From: Nymphaea colorata
Taxonomy: Eukaryota
Length of the DNA: 64,000 nt
Direction of reading: 5' to 3'
Assembly (NCBI RefSeq): GCF_008831285.2
Contig: NC_045138.2
Span: 11,594,001-11,658,000 of the forward strand
In this document: positions 24,180-38,366 of the stretch, piece by piece
Layout: each line of letters opens with the position of its first letter
Position numbering within the stretch: position 1 is the stretch's first letter
The notes under the pieces: model-generated
Database searches by the model: none
What the model was told of the DNA's origin: nothing
What the model saw: only the letters and a program-made list of their open reading frames with translations
Program-made: the position numbers and the translations under genes

Positions 24180-25364
24180 CTGCATAGCATGTCGACCATC
24201 CACTCCAGTGAACCAGCACAAGAACAACTATGACTACTTGAAAATGCTAGAGCGCTCATTAAAGAACTTTGAAGATCTTCACTAAATGGTTGGGAATCAT
24301 CAGTATATACAGTATATAAAATAAGCAGATTATTGATTCGCCGCTGCCCAAGAAGGATCGACCTCTATTTTCTATACAAAAGAACATATCCGTTCCAGTA
24401 CATTTCTCATAAAAATAATGAAATGAAAGAAACGAAGAGATGAGGACCTGCCTGTTTATTACATGAAAAATGAACTAATTGGTACCCGAATAAACTCTAT
24501 TTTGCCGAGGGAAACAAGTCTTCCTGAGCAAGCAAAAGCTTCCATGGTATATCAAAATTAGTAAAAAAGTATGCGGACATTTCGAAAAGCAACTAAAATT
24601 TGGGTAAGCTAAAGACAGGAATGCCCATAAAGCATTCATCAAACTCATTCCGGCGGCAAATAAGGCAGCAAACAGTAAAAGAAGCCAGTAAGAAAATAGA
24701 AAACTCTACACGTTGCCGAGTGCTAAAGGAAGGGTAATTTAATTGGTATCAGAAAAGCTGCTCTCAGACGAGGAAAATTAGGTAGGGCGTAGGGCGGTTG
24801 AAGAATTCTATTACCAAAATATCCAATGGCTATGGAGGTTTCAAGTTTCAATAAACAAGCGACCTTCCTCCCCAAGCTGGTTATCTGTTCTGGCCCTGCC
24901 CTCATCGTCATCGTCGAGAAACTGCCTCTTCGAATTGAAGTTTTCAACGTGGTGTGCATATACAAGCAAGGAAGCTGATATCTGAGGCGTGAGACAGCTC
25001 TCCTAGAAGTTCACAACGAGGAAGGGAAAGTTTCACTCAGTGTGTGAAACAGAGAAACTCACGCTGGTAGACGTTTCTTGAGTATGAAGCAAAAAGCAAA
25101 AGGCCTCCTAAACTCCCTATATAAATGAAGGCCAAACTTTTTAGTGACTACAAAATGAACCACACTTAATAGTCAGGCGCAAGAAATAAATCCACAGAAG
25201 CATAGCCATTATTACTAAACGCACAGACCAAAGCCTCCAATAAAAGTATCCAGACAACCGGGATGACCACAGAGGGTCTTTCTACGAACACCAGAAGAAG
25301 AAGAAAAAACTACCACTACAAAACTAACAAGAGAAAAGAAAGTGAAAGCGAAGGTAGGCAGTAC

Positions 25365-25711
25365 CGCGAGGCGATGGAGGCGAAAGTGTAGTCGCTGTCG
25401 ACGCGGTAGGCGGAGAGCTTGCGGACGCTACCGGCGGACCTGGCGACGAGCTTGTTGAGGAGATTGGTTATCTGGCAGGGGTCGTTGACGCGGCGGCACC
25501 ACTCCTCCACGTCGATCTCCGCCCAGCAGTGAGGCCCCATAATCACCTCGCGCCATGACCTGCACACGCAAGGAACCACTCCTGCCATCTCCTTCAGCGG
25601 CAGCCTGACGAAAACCAGCGCCAGCACCTCCGGACTCATGCTCTCCCATCCGAACCCCGCCCCTTCTCCTTCTCCTCCTCCGCCCACCTTCCGCTCCCTC
25701 ACCTCCGCCAT
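25365..25711 (-). CDS. F-box protein (FBW2/SKIP1-like, F-box plus LRR), exon 1
   Basis: F-box motif WESMSPEVLALVFVRLP...VPCVCRSWREVIMGPHCWAEIDVEEW and LVARSAGS. CG|GTAC donor (phase 2). GC-rich coding composition. Confidence 0.9.
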
Positions 25712-26449
25712 GACCGCGCTCTCTCTCTCTCTCTCTCCGCGGAAGGGGTGGTGAACTTCCTAACTTGCACTGAGGAAGAAGAGCACGCGACTGCGCTCCT
25801 TCGCGTGAGGGGACGGTTGAGATGGTGACACGTTCCAAGGCACGCTTTTACTAAAATGGTGGACGTGCCCGCTCTCTCTCTAGAAGAAGAGGATCAGCCA
25901 GTCATCATTTCGTACGGTGGATGATGGAGGCCGGTGTGGGAGCGACTCATTGGCAGCTGGCGGAAGCCCTCACAGGTCGAGGCCACGGTGGACAGTGGGC
26001 CCCACATTTAGGCGGAGAACGACTTTCCCACCCCAACTATTTTTGGACACCTGTTTCATTTCTAGTTCTTTCCATGCTTTAGTTTTGGGACAAGCAGTTG
26101 GTTTTTTGGGTGGGCGGAAAGTGTGTTTCATCCAAGAGAATCGAATTTCTTACACTTTACATGTATGGTGTTTTGCTGTAAAATTCTATCTTTGAAGGTT
26201 TAAGTAACTAGCTCGGTTTATAATTCATCGGTTTGTTTTTAAAATCCGGCATTGTATTTAATATGCATGTTGTATTAATTTCAGTAATTTTCCGCCATAT
26301 CTTCTCCACATCCTAGTGTGAGTTATAAGATCAGCATTATATAGTTTTCGGTGTAATGATTTCTAGTTTCTTCCTTGAAGAAAGTTGTGCATCCAGAAAT
26401 TTCTATTTAAAGGGAACTGTCACATAAATTTTAAAATTTAAGGAGAGAA

Positions 26450-26795
26450 CCACACGAGCCAAACAGAGCTTGAGCTCAAGCTCAAGTCAAGCTCGATAAA
26501 ATAAGTTTGAGCTCTACAAAACAATGTCAAGCTCAAACTCGACTCATTTAACTCGTTTATGTTAAAACATTTCTTGTTTCTTTTAATTCGTTGAACTCGT
26601 TAACTCAATTAGTTGCTACCCCTTAACTATTTTCTAATTATAATTCAACATTTACATGTAGTTGTGACAAGCCGAGTCAAATTCTTACAACTCAACCTCA
26701 ACTCATTTAATGTTTCTAGCATACATTTGAACACGAGCTCGACTCGTTTAGACGAGTGAGTTCTAGTCGAGCTCAACTGGCTTGACTTGTTGTAC
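26450..26795. mobile_element. MITE-like / non-autonomous element rich in GAGCTCGA/CTCGACTCG motifs (similar patches at ~20350-20460, ~29360-29635, ~50115-50250, ~50410-50490)
   Basis: Dense GAGCTC(A/G)AG and ACTCG motifs in both orientations. TIRs were not resolved. Confidence 0.45.
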
Positions 26796-29700
26796 AACAC
26801 TACTTATATGTAAAAAATAAAAATAAAAAATAAATAAAGTTTTTATATGTAAATAAAGCAAATACTATGAGCTGGTGCGAGCAATTGCCATTGAAAACCA
26901 CAAACGTTCCTCCTCCATTGCCTAGAAGCGTTGATGATCTTTCTTTGATTGCAGCCAGCCTTATTGCTCATCTTTTCCAGCCAATTTTACCCATTTTTTG
27001 ATCAGGTTAATGAAGAATATTCATAGTTTCAGTCAATAGGTCGTGTACGAATTCATTATTTTGGTTTTCCTTAGTTTATTTCATAGGTAATATGCATTAC
27101 ATTAGTTCAAATTCATCTTGCCTATGAGTCATTTTTATAATTTTGGTATAGCTGGTCTTTAGTGAGTACTTATTGGAAATCTGCTTCCGAGTGAGGCTTA
27201 CTTCAACTGGGTTAGGATGGCAATTAGGAGAGTAGTTAAGAAAATTATAAAGTCAGTGGGGGCTCATGTGTCTTTTCAATGTGTTTCTAAAAATGTGAAG
27301 AAAGAAAAGCTACGGAGGGGAGTGTGCTATTGCATGCTTTCCTTCTTGAACACTTCTTTCCAAAATCATTTGGGGCAAGTTTCTTATTTTAATCGTCACT
27401 CTTTTACATCTTAGAAAAATACATAAATTTGAATTCAATTTTTTTTTGTTTTGTTTTTTTGTTATTGGAAAAGAGGCTAGCCCAAAGCAAGCTTTTCTTG
27501 GGCCCCACCATTCCAAGGTGGTGCCTTTTGGTTTACCTAGTTAGGGGCTTTAAGTTTATTTCATAATTTAGTTAGGTTAATGTTTCTTATTGCTTGATAT
27601 TTCATGCACTAGTGTGCTTCTTGCTTGTTTATTTTGTTTAGATTTATTAGTAAAACAGTTTCACGCACAAGTTAGAGTGTGTGATACTGCTGAATGATTG
27701 CTTGAACATATATATCCAAGTTCTTTATATTTGTCCTTTAACATAGTTAATTTTTCTACTACACTTATATTTGTATAAATTAAACTTTTTGTTGGTATAA
27801 TAGGGTTTGAACGAAACCCTTGTTTCCCTAATTTCAAATGTCATTTCATGTGCAGTTTTTGGGCTTTTTAACTCTTTTTCTACACGTGTTGTCTGTTGAT
27901 GGACCAATATTTAGCAAATCTGGAGTTAATTTGTTTGGCCGAGTAAGTGAATTCCCGTAACCTATTTTTCCATATTTCTGGTTTCAGAACCGATTCGGAG
28001 AGAAATTTTGTCAAAATGTTTATATGTTGGAGTTGTGGAAACGATTTTCCAATTTTATGAATGGGATCGGTTTCTTTGATATCTTAGCTTTAAAAGGGGC
28101 ACTGTGTTTTACATTTGGAGTCCATTTGCCACCTGGAATTCCTAAGCTTTAGAAACTTGTCCAATGCGGAGATACATGGGAGAATTTTAATTGAAAGACT
28201 TAAAATCACAATGTGGTAACTCAAAAGTTTACTCGGGGTGCCTCCATTCGTCCAAAAAAACGTAGCTCCGCTATTGGTCAAATGCATGTTTTGTAAGGGT
28301 ATTTATGTCTTTTTAACATAGTTAATTTCCTTTTTCTATTATAATCTGCATGTTAGGTAATTCTATTGCATTTTCAAGTTGGTTAGAATCAGGTTGGTTT
28401 CATTCATTGCATATCTTAAGAGCGCTTTTGTTGTTTTTGGTGCTTTGAGTTAGAATCGGCATGGATCTTTATACATATCCAAATCTAAATCAGATTAGAT
28501 GTCATTTTTAAAATCTGAATCTAATCTAATTTCTTAATTAGATATTAATTTTTTTTTCATATCATTTTTTGAACGGTTCAATCAAATAACTAATTCAAAT
28601 CAGATATATTGACATCTCTAGTTTCATAATTGAGTCGCTCAATTTTAAAAGTATTTGGTTGAAAGCTTTTTAAAAAAATTATAAGGGGTCGGCCATGCAG
28701 CCTAATGGCCGGTGGCTAGTATTGTGACTAGTTTCCTTCTATTTCAATCTGATTAGCAGCTAAAAGCCAAAACAAAAACATGAACCACATGATTAACCTC
28801 TGCTTTACCTGCTGACTATAAACACAACAAGTTTTCTAGTATTTTCCTTAATTTTAATCATTTCCCCTCATTTTAAGCCAGTTTTCGTTTATTATCTGGT
28901 TATTTTCCAATTGTTTTCCAACTGCTTTCCAAGAACACATTTCCAACAATTTTTCAGACATTTGCTGATCATTTTCTAAGCATTTTCCAAACATTTTGCC
29001 ATAGTGCATGGTCAGATCAAATTAATGCACTCATGTGCCGTTCTTTTAGAAGTTATGTGTACTTTACCTACGTCTTGATAACTGAAGTGTCGGTATTTTC
29101 TATTTGCTCACAAACGAAGGCCCCCACAAGGCCCTAATAAGCAAGCACTAACTCCACTAGTGGCAAACTTCACACACTGTCCAAGTCATGCCAAGGAAAC
29201 ATATACAGATAAAACATATCAACAATTGAGTTTGACAAATTCTTTTATCACCAAAAGCCAGATAGTTCACCCATTGGTGAAATAAATGTTTTTTTGACTT
29301 CTTTTCAGGTGAGCAAGCGAGACCCACCACCCTGGAGGTAGAACTGTTCAACCGGTGGAGCTAACTCGAGCTCAACAACCTAAACGAGTCAAGCTAGAGT
29401 TAAGTGGGCTCGACTCGGTTAAACTTGGTTAAGCTCGAGAAAGAAAATATATAAAATAAGTCTCATAAAATTAGCAAAAAAATAGATTGCTCAAAATGGA
29501 AATGCAACTGATGCTTCTTCCTTTTTAAAAAGTATATTTTTTTTAATGAAATGTTTGGTTCTCGAGTTTCTTTTAAGACACTTGAGCCGAGTTCGAGCTG
29601 ACTCAACTCAACTTGAACTGGCTCATGAATAGCCCTACCCTACCCAACCCTGGTTTTATCTCCCTATGATGCAAGATCTACTTTTAATGTCTTGGAGTGC

Positions 29701-31726
29701 TGCTTCTATTGTGCTTCAACTTACTTATTAGTTTTCTTTTTTTACCAAGAGTAGAGAAACCGTGCTCTCAATATTGTGATGGGAAACAATCCTTCAAGGA
29801 CAACGAGAGAAGGAAAATGATGGCAAACAATCACCTCAGTTCCTTCAAGAACAATGAGAGAAGGAAAATAAAGGTGTCCCCAATGACTACGTCTCCCAAC
29901 TAGGAGAAATGGAAGTTTTGGCTCTTAGTGGGATTTGATGTTTCTCATGTTAATAACTTTGTTCATTGCATGGCCCGAAGTAAATATCTTTTAACATGCT
30001 CCCTCAAGTTGTGCATGGTGGCCAGTATAAACAAGATTCTTAGTCAAAACATTATATTCAGAGTCCAGTTTCAATCTTTTTGGACTTTAGAAGATAAATT
30101 GGTTCTTATCCAATCAAGGTCCACAAGCCATCCGTAATTTTGGATCCAGATTATGTATCCAATTCACTTCCTATAAACAATCCAAGATCTCAAATCACAT
30201 TCAAACTTGTATTACAAGAAGAGAGAGAGAGAGAGAGAGAGAGAGATTACAGTAAGAGAGCAGCACGCCGTTGAAGAACGATGTTCCCTAGCGCAGGGGC
30301 AGGACGCTAACAGAGATGCCCTTTATGGCAACCGCCATAGCTGCTTCAAGATGTCAATGGCGAGAGTAGGCCATTGAAGTGGTGGAAGCTTCCACGGAAA
30401 TTCATAAGCTTCAAGAAGGAAAACCCTTGTTTCTGGCGAGGAGCATCGACAGGGAAGAAGGGGAAAGCATCTCCAGGGCTTCATCTATGCCCAATACTCA
30501 TTTGTGCTCTTTCTCTCATAGTCTTCAGTTTCATTCTATGCAGACCCTCAACCACGTAAGTTCTGCTCCTCCTCCTCCTCCTCCTTCTCTCAAGGTCCAA
30601 CGTTCATGTATATCAACATTTTCAGCAGGCAACGCTAGGCCAAGCAGGCAAAAAAGGGGTTTCTCATCCTCTCCGATCTGATATTATGCAAATGTTGTTT
30701 GAGCATTGTTTTGATTATATGAAGACTCGTCAAGCTAACTTCTTCCCAGACTCCAGCGACCACTAGTTTCGAGCATGTCCATGTCATATTTCTGCTAATG
30801 TTCTCTATTTCATTTTGATTCTTTTGTTCTCCGTTTCGTTTTTTCAATAATTGAATATTTTTGCCCACCTTTAGCTCTTAATTTTAGACTCTAATTAAGT
30901 ACTTGACAATACTTATTCATATACAATTAGGGACAAAAATGTGGTCTTCTTATTATTTGTATTGGCAAATTGAAAATCAATCCTTGCCCAATTGCAGTAG
31001 ACAAATCCTTCCTTGAAATGTTCGTTATTATCAATCTAACTGAACGCTCTGTTTGGTAGAAGGGAAAGGGAGGGAAAGGGAGGGAGGGAAAGGAAAGGAA
31101 AGGAAAGGAAAGGGAAGAGGAAGGGAAGGAAAAGGAATGGAAAGAGTTCATTAAAAAGCTTATTTGGATAGAAAGGAAAGGAAAGGAAAGGAAAGACTTA
31201 AAATCATGTTTGTTTGGACTACATAAAGGAAAGGAAATGATAGAATTTATAATACTTTACGATAATACCCCTATCAGTTAAAATATTTAAAAGAATAATA
31301 GGTTTCAAAAAAGACACGATAATGCCCATCTCACCTTGCTCGTGTGTTTTCCAATGAAGGGCTGCAACTTATGCAATGCGTCTCTCTCTCGCAATGGGTC
31401 TCTCTCTCTTTCTCTCTCTAAATGTACGTAATTGTTGGTCACATGATATTTTCACAATGTTACATGTTAGCCTTTAAATATCACATTTTAAATAAATTAA
31501 TTTCATGACAGACCTATTACGTTTTGATTTTCTAACATATATTTTATATACTACACATGTTTTGCGCTTGAGATCTATTCAAAATTCAGAGATGCAGGTG
31601 TAAGAAAAATATTACAATTTTTCCTCACGGGACTTGAAAATAGAAGAGTGGTGCCACATTTTCATACCAGTCATAAAAAACTTACATAAAAAATGACATA
31701 GCAAAATAAAAAATAACATTCATGTC

Positions 31727-32521
31727 TTACATAATTCCAGCAATGCTAAGCATCCTAAGTAGAACATTCTTTCGCTTAGACACTGGACAATCAAAAAATG
31801 TTTCCATCCTATCTTTATCACTAGTAAGATAAATATATGCATCAGTATGTAACTCTGCTTCAAGACCAATATCTTCAAATGCTGGAAATATGTCTTTTTT
31901 AGAATATTTACATTCCTGTCTCGACTCTGGTATGACAATGCTTTTTTCAATTGCATTAGCAACTTTATCAAATGCTTCTTTCATTATTTCAATTTCTTTT
32001 AAATCATCTTCATTTGCACTTCTTCTCCTTTTACGCTTCGACAATGAACCTGGGGGGGGCTCCACTTGGACTTCACAGTCGTCTCCTAGGTTGATAAATG
32101 GTTCTAATACTGCTTCATTTTGAGAAACCATTTCATCAATAAGCTGGATTGTGTTGCCAGTACCCTCACATGCTAAAGTCATTCGGTTGCGCCTCTCTTT
32201 CGCTGTCATCGATCCTTCCCCTGTTGCTCTATCATTACCAAATAAATTTACCAGCTTATCATAGTTCGGAACAGGTGCCGTCATCCACTTTTTTGCCATT
32301 GGATTTGCCTACAAAAAACAAAAATATATATATAACAACGTCAAAAGAAGCTCATGCTTAACATAAAAAGTAAATTATTAAAAACTAATATTAAATTACC
32401 AAAAAGAAAATTAGGTACCTCTATTAGTGGCTTCCATACTTCAGGTTCGGCCGTCCACATATTTGTCCTTGAATCAATGCTAAATCCACTCAAACCACTT
32501 TTAAAGATATCATAACAACTA
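31727..32521 (-). pseudogene. Harbinger Myb/SANT-like second ORF, N-terminally deleted (exons 32419-32521 and 31727-32308)
   Basis: CYDIFKSGLSGFSIDS...WTAEPEVWKPLIE, then a GT..AG intron, then ANPMAKKWMTAPVPNYDKLVNLFGNDRATG (the FGxDRATG motif of PIF ORF1). Confidence 0.85.
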
Positions 32522-33159
32522 CTGATATTTTGGTGCATCCTCTGAAGATACTTTAACACGAACGTGTGTTCCATCAATTGCACCAACACAATTCTGGAAT
32601 ACAATTCAGTGTTAATGCAATATTGACATATTATAAAACATAAAAACTAAATTAATTGATTTATTACCTGAAAGTATAGATAAAATCTATTATTGTATAA
32701 GATTTCATCTGGCAGAGTTGATCCATCAGATTGTTGAATGAATTTGTCTTCTAATAAAATAATTGAACTCAGTACTTTGTGAAAATATCGAGAAATTGTC
32801 TCTGTTGAACGATAGAACCAAAACTGAACCCCGCGTTGTTTATATGTGTGCGACAACATCATGAGAAAGATAGAAACTTGCTCTTCTACTTTACAATGTC
32901 TTGTGCTACGTAGTCCACCATGTTGTCGAAGAATATCACATAACTCTTTGAAAGCTGATGTTCCCATGCGTGTTATGTTGCGGCATTGTATATCATCATC
33001 TAATTTATATATAATTTGATCTCTGATTTTTTGTCTTTCTCCATAAGATAGTCCAATTGATCGATGCATAAGTTGTCGTCGACGTTGTCTACGACGTATT
33101 AAATAATAAAAACTATAACAAAAAAATAAAACGACTTGTTTCCATTGGTGTCGTCTCAT
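32522..33159 (-). pseudogene. Harbinger DDE transposase, N-terminal part only (exons 32668-33159 and ~32522-32593)
   Basis: VEEQVSIFLMMLSH...RSTETISRYFHKVL...RFYLYFQ, then a GT..AG intron, then NCVGAIDGTHVRVKVSSEDAPKYQ*. The first catalytic D is present and the rest is deleted. Confidence 0.88.
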
Positions 33160-35079
33160 GTCTTCTAATATGCGACAAGCTGCAAAGCCAAAGACAACTT
33201 TTTTATGAAGATGATGATCATATGTGACAAGCTAAATATACAACTAGCGACATCAACAATCATGCTTCAAACTGATCATGGACGAAGCTCGTGCAGTTGT
33301 TTTGGCTGGTGGAACACTTCAGCTCAAGAGGAGATGAAGGAGCGGCTCAGGTTTGTATGGAAGTTAGCTGAAATTGACTTGTTTGTCTTTCTGGAAGCAG
33401 GTAATAACAAAATATTACATGTTAGCCTTTAAATATCAGATTTTAAATAAATTAATTTCATGACAGAACTATTTTGCTTTGGTTTCCATTTCCCGTTAAT
33501 ACAGCAAAATTTTCCTCAATGTTCACATTTTAATCTTTCTGCCCTAATCTACACGTTGTTTGGTTCCTAACCATTAAGGATGTTTCTGTCTCTAGGATCA
33601 TATAACCCCATATTGAGGTCCGAGGTCCTTAAAACCCCATATTGAGGTCCGAGGAAAAGGAGGACAAGATCTCAAATCCTCACTCAGATCTGATTCAAGT
33701 TGAGGATTTGAGATTATTAGACAAAAAAAAAAATGCCGCTTAAATATAATGCCGACCTCATCCCAAATCAGCCAGATTTGATAAAAGTACAGAGCCCCCC
33801 ATTGTCAATGGGATCTGAATTTCAAATCAATTTTATAATTGAATTTTAATATAAATCCAATATCTGGTTGGGATTCTATTCAAGCCATTTACCTATACAA
33901 TTCTACATATAATTCGAACATGAGCATAAACTTGAAATCCAGTTACATGTAATCCTATTAAGTCAAGTTTGCCAAAGCTAACCTCAGTCCAAATCCTAGA
34001 ATTCGTTCGCATCTTTAACTTCAGTTGATGACCAACTATTTTTTTTTTTAAAAAAAAGACACCTTATGTTATGTGCCTGTATGTGTGAACATATAAAGGT
34101 TTGTACATGCGATTCAGTAGACGGTTCATCTTTCTTGTCAATGTAACCACATAAACGTGACGTACAAACATTGTTTTGATCTTTTGAAACCAGTCGTTCA
34201 TCAAAGAACGCTTCCTTGATGAACAAAAATCCATTGCTAAAACCTGAAAATGCCCAATTTTGTAGGATAAATGATGGCATATTTATTTTAAGTTTCTCAA
34301 TCATGTCGATCTACAATTATTTATAGCGCAAATGGAAGCACATACATGCATACTAAGAAAGCATACTTTAGGTTTACCTCATTTAAACCGTGTTTGACAA
34401 CTAATGATCTAAATAAGTGAATTCGTTGTGACATGATTTTGCAGATGTAACAAGAGATTCGGACTAGCTAGAATATACGATTTAGAAAACTAAGAATTTC
34501 AAGTGAAACTTAAGAACCCACCACGGCTGAGGTCTCACTTTGTTATTTCGCACTGCCAAAGATCTGATCAAATATCAAAACATGTGATATTACATCTATT
34601 ATTTTCAAAAACTGAGCGATTCCATAAAATTCAAGCCAACCCCTAATGAAAATCTTGAACGTGATACTAAGCGCAACCACCAAGTCACCTCTTAAGAAGC
34701 AATATTGACATATGAACGCATTATAAGTGGTGCAACTTTCTAAATAAAGTATGTACTTATATCAAATGCAGCAAGGCACTAACGAGAGGTTTGATAGAAA
34801 CGCATGCATTGCCAAGGAACAGATTCCTCTACGGAACCGCGCAGACTGTGCGGGAAAATATTGAATCCTGCGTACTTATATCAAATGCAGCAAGGCACTA
34901 ACGTTTTAGATGAAAAAAGAACAGACGTTGTTTCAGACGGCAGCTGAAAACAGAAAAAAGCAAACAAAAAGAAGAAGATGAAACGGAAGAAGAAGAAGAT
35001 GAAACGGAAGCAGAACAAGAGAGAGAAAGATGCAGCGAGAGATGAAGAAAAACAAACTCACCTTCCTTGCAGCCGAGGC

Positions 35080-35113
35080 CTTCTTCTTCTTCTTCTTCTT
35101 CTTCTTCTTCTTC
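35080..35113. repeat. (CTT)n microsatellite inside the Harbinger element
   Basis: Directly visible. Explains the poly-F, poly-K and poly-L spurious ORFs here. Confidence 0.95.
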
Positions 35114-36048
35114 CCTTTGCTCTTTTGCTCTTCCGCCCTGTTCGTTGCTTGCCTCTTTCTGTTTCTTCTCAACGGTTTTGAGGGAGGGAAAGGGTGTTTC
35201 TTCCTCAGGGTATTATCGGTAAAATATAATTTTTCATCTTTATTCCTTTCCTTTCCTTCCCAATCCGTCCGATTTGGAAGGGAAAGAAATTACACTACAC
35301 AATCCCTTCCCTCCCTTTCCTTTCCTTTCCCTCCCCTCCTTGCCAAACAAGTTTTGCCACTTTCCCTCCCTTTCCCTCCCTTTCCCTCCTACCAAACAGG
35401 GCGTAAGGGAATGACTAATGAATCCTGCATCTCTCATGTTCATGAGTTTAAACCCTGCAATCATAGAGATCTTTTCTCCATTGGTTGTGTTTCTGATGCT
35501 AGCTTTTTTTCTTTTGGTTCTCATTATCGTATTCAGGATCTTGTGGTGCTTGGAGGGTTGAAACTGCTGAGAACGAGTACCATAGTTCTCTTCTTTCTTT
35601 CGAGTAAAAATGATTTGCATATTGTTTGTAGTTCTATGTATCTTTTTATCAAGTTCACTTCATTCGTTATGAGATTTTGTATGCCTTGTTAGGCTCGCAG
35701 GGTACTCTATGTTTGCTTAGTTTGAATAGGAAGTTTTTCGTTCTGCTCTTCTTTTTCAGCAAGCTGAAATCGTTTAGAATGAAAATAATACATATGCTCT
35801 TTAAAGGGGCACATGGGCTAATTGCATGAGATTTCTCACCAAGGTTGGATCCCAATTTTTGTTCCTTGTTTCATCATTTGTCGTATAGGTGGAACTCTTT
35901 TATCCTAGTTCCCTTCTTTCTAAGTAGCATGTTCTTTGAGCTAATATGTATAATTTTACAACCTTTTTGACCCAACAAGGATAGAATATGTGTTTTATGT
36001 TCTATGAAGAGTTCAAAGACAAACCTAGTTTAAAGAGCTCATTCATAA

Positions 36049-36545
36049 TGTTGTTCTCAATGTCAAACGAGCAAGAATGAAGAAGACTGGGCAGGAGATA
36101 AGCAAGAGAAGCTAGAGGAGAGAAAGAGAGAAAAGGATGTCGTCTTCGCCAGCTCCTCCTCCTCGACTCGATTGAAAGATTTAATTAGGGTTTTGTCTAA
36201 CCCCTTACATAAGGAGTCCAGTAAATAATAAAAAATTTAAGAACTACCTAATAATAAAGTTCCAAAATACAAAAAACCTCAAAGCAGCATGTTTTCTCAA
36301 CACTCCCCCTCAAGCTATGGCATAAACGCTTATCATGTTCAACTTGCTACAACATTTCATGAAATAGAATTTTGTAAATATATCTGCAACTTGATCTTCT
36401 AAAGCAACATTTTTTGGTAGAGATACTTCCTACTTGAATCAAGTTCCTAATATAGTGGCAATCCACCTTGATATTCTTAGTCCGTTCGTGGAAGACCGGA
36501 CTTGTACCAAAATACAACCACAAAATTGAGGGAGTTGTGCAAGCC
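36049..36545 (-). mobile_element. Truncated Copia: 3' LTR, PPT and RNase H C-terminal remnant
   Basis: PVFHERTKNIKVDCHYIR and QVADIFTK motifs. PPT TTGAGGGGGAG abuts the LTR boundary at 36302. The left LTR boundary is approximate. Confidence 0.7.
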
Positions 36546-38366
36546 ACTCCTCAACTACCCGAGGGAAATGGGTGGAAGAGGTAATCAACCTTGACATCAT
36601 CTATATTGACTGCACAGTTGTACAACTCATATATAATCTTGTAATATTCAAAAGTTATATTTTGTATCATTGAATATTTCACGTATGGATCATATATAAC
36701 AAGATTACTATAAAGAAACATTGTCAGTCTTTTGGAATGCCAAATGAATTAGTCAACTTCAATTGATGGGTCTTCTGAATGACCGCTTGCAACTAACATT
36801 GACTACCACCATCATGTGCTTGTTAAGATTTGTGGGGGACATCTTTTATCAACAAGCTAAAATAACTATTCTTGTTAAATTTTAGGCGTAAGTGTTAACA
36901 TGTAGGCTCCCTTCATTTAGGCATCATCATGGTTGAAGTATAAATCAGAATATGTGTAGGCAAAAACAAATTATAGAGCAAAAAAATAGTCATTAGTGAA
37001 ACAATTGATGTCGATGCTTGTGCTTCACCCGGAAAAATGACTTTTTCGATTGCATTATCTGTTTTCACCAACAAGAAGATTTTTGCTAGCTATAAAGGAC
37101 TTTGCTAACAAAGACATCATGCAGACCTATGTGCTACAAGGTGTTCCATACATGTAGATACTACAAACAAGTGCATCATGCACTTGCTTGCGAACAACAA
37201 AAATAAATTTTACCAAACTTACACTGAAATGCAACCACAAGATTGAGTAGCAAATACTATAATAAACAAGATAGAAAAAATCAAAATCAATCATCTACTA
37301 AACTGAAAAGGAAATTATGAATGTTAAAGTATTAAATACACATATAAAAGTGCTGATTTGACTTTGGCAATTTTGAGTGCACATACAAACATGCAACTTT
37401 GTTCAAAGTTATTAGCCCTCACTGGTGAAGAAAGCATGCGATAATAAAAGCATGTGGTATACTTCATTTGTGATCATCTGATCAATCTCGTGATGAAGAT
37501 GGTCGTGCAATCGGTGTGACCTCACAATTTCGTCTTCCACGTCCATACATTGGTGCCGGTGGTCGTGTTCACTTGTTGATGTCAAATGACGAGGCCATTG
37601 TTCCTTAATCGGTTACATGGGAGGAGAACTTGACTTCTACCTTTCCGATGCATGAGTAGATTGGCGCAACACCTAATCGTTGTCCCTCTCCCACTGCTTA
37701 TAGGGAATGTCTACTTGTGTCGTCATTTCTTAGTATGCTTCAAAGTAACAGAGGGCTGGTGTTTATGCAGTCTCCACCATGCTTCCAATTTTAAATTTAA
37801 TTGGCAAACTTTTCTTGCAACAGAACAACTAGGTTTGCAATAATGTTTCTAGAGTCGATCGCATGAATTGAGAAATTGGCTGACCCAGCTTAGTCAGCCT
37901 ATGCACACATCCATCACACTATTGCTCCATGACAATCATGAAAAGGAGCCAAATGTCCCTTAATCAATTCCTGGACTGCAAAGCATCCTTCATGTCCTGT
38001 TGTCATGCTTGCTAATAGCGTGTTCCTATCAACTGCACTCAAAAGATATAATAACAATATCAAGTACTTTCACAATGGTAATATAATAAAACAACAAGAT
38101 CAATTAGTTTTACAATGAAAGGATAACAAAACAACATAGATTAGAAATATTGACAGCGAACTAGTTCGGGAATTTGACATATATAAACATAACAATTCTT
38201 GTCAGGCTATGCAAATTTGATGGTGACTGGATCAGTGAAATAACATAAAATGCATGAAGATCAACATAATTGACAATGAACAAAAGATAAAGCAACAATG
38301 ATCAAACATATTCGACAACAAATTAACAATTGAACTACTAGATCAAAGTAGAGTACAATGATGGAC

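Larger units (their letters stand above)
31045..35403 (-). mobile_element. PIF/Harbinger DNA transposon, internally deleted (non-autonomous)
   Basis: TIRs CGCTCTGTTTGGTAGAAGGGAAAGGG... and ...CCCTTTCCCTCCTACCAAACAGGGCG. Flanks are GAA and TAA (imperfect TAA TSD). Subterminal (GGAAA)n/(TTTCC)n arrays. Contains DDE transposase and Myb/SANT-like ORF remnants. Confidence 0.9.

Noticed and set aside
25428..25838. 136-aa alternative-frame ORF overlapping F-box exon 1
   Set aside because: Off-frame read of GC-rich coding sequence plus a (GA)n leader.
29180..29200. miR169-like words (CAAGTCAT, GCCAAGGA)
   Set aside because: The pieces are not in mature-miRNA order and no precursor hairpin is evident.
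34933..35692. Poly-K, poly-F and poly-L ORFs, including the 220-aa ORF
   Set aside because: Produced by the (CTT)n microsatellite and the TTTCC subterminal repeats of the Harbinger end.
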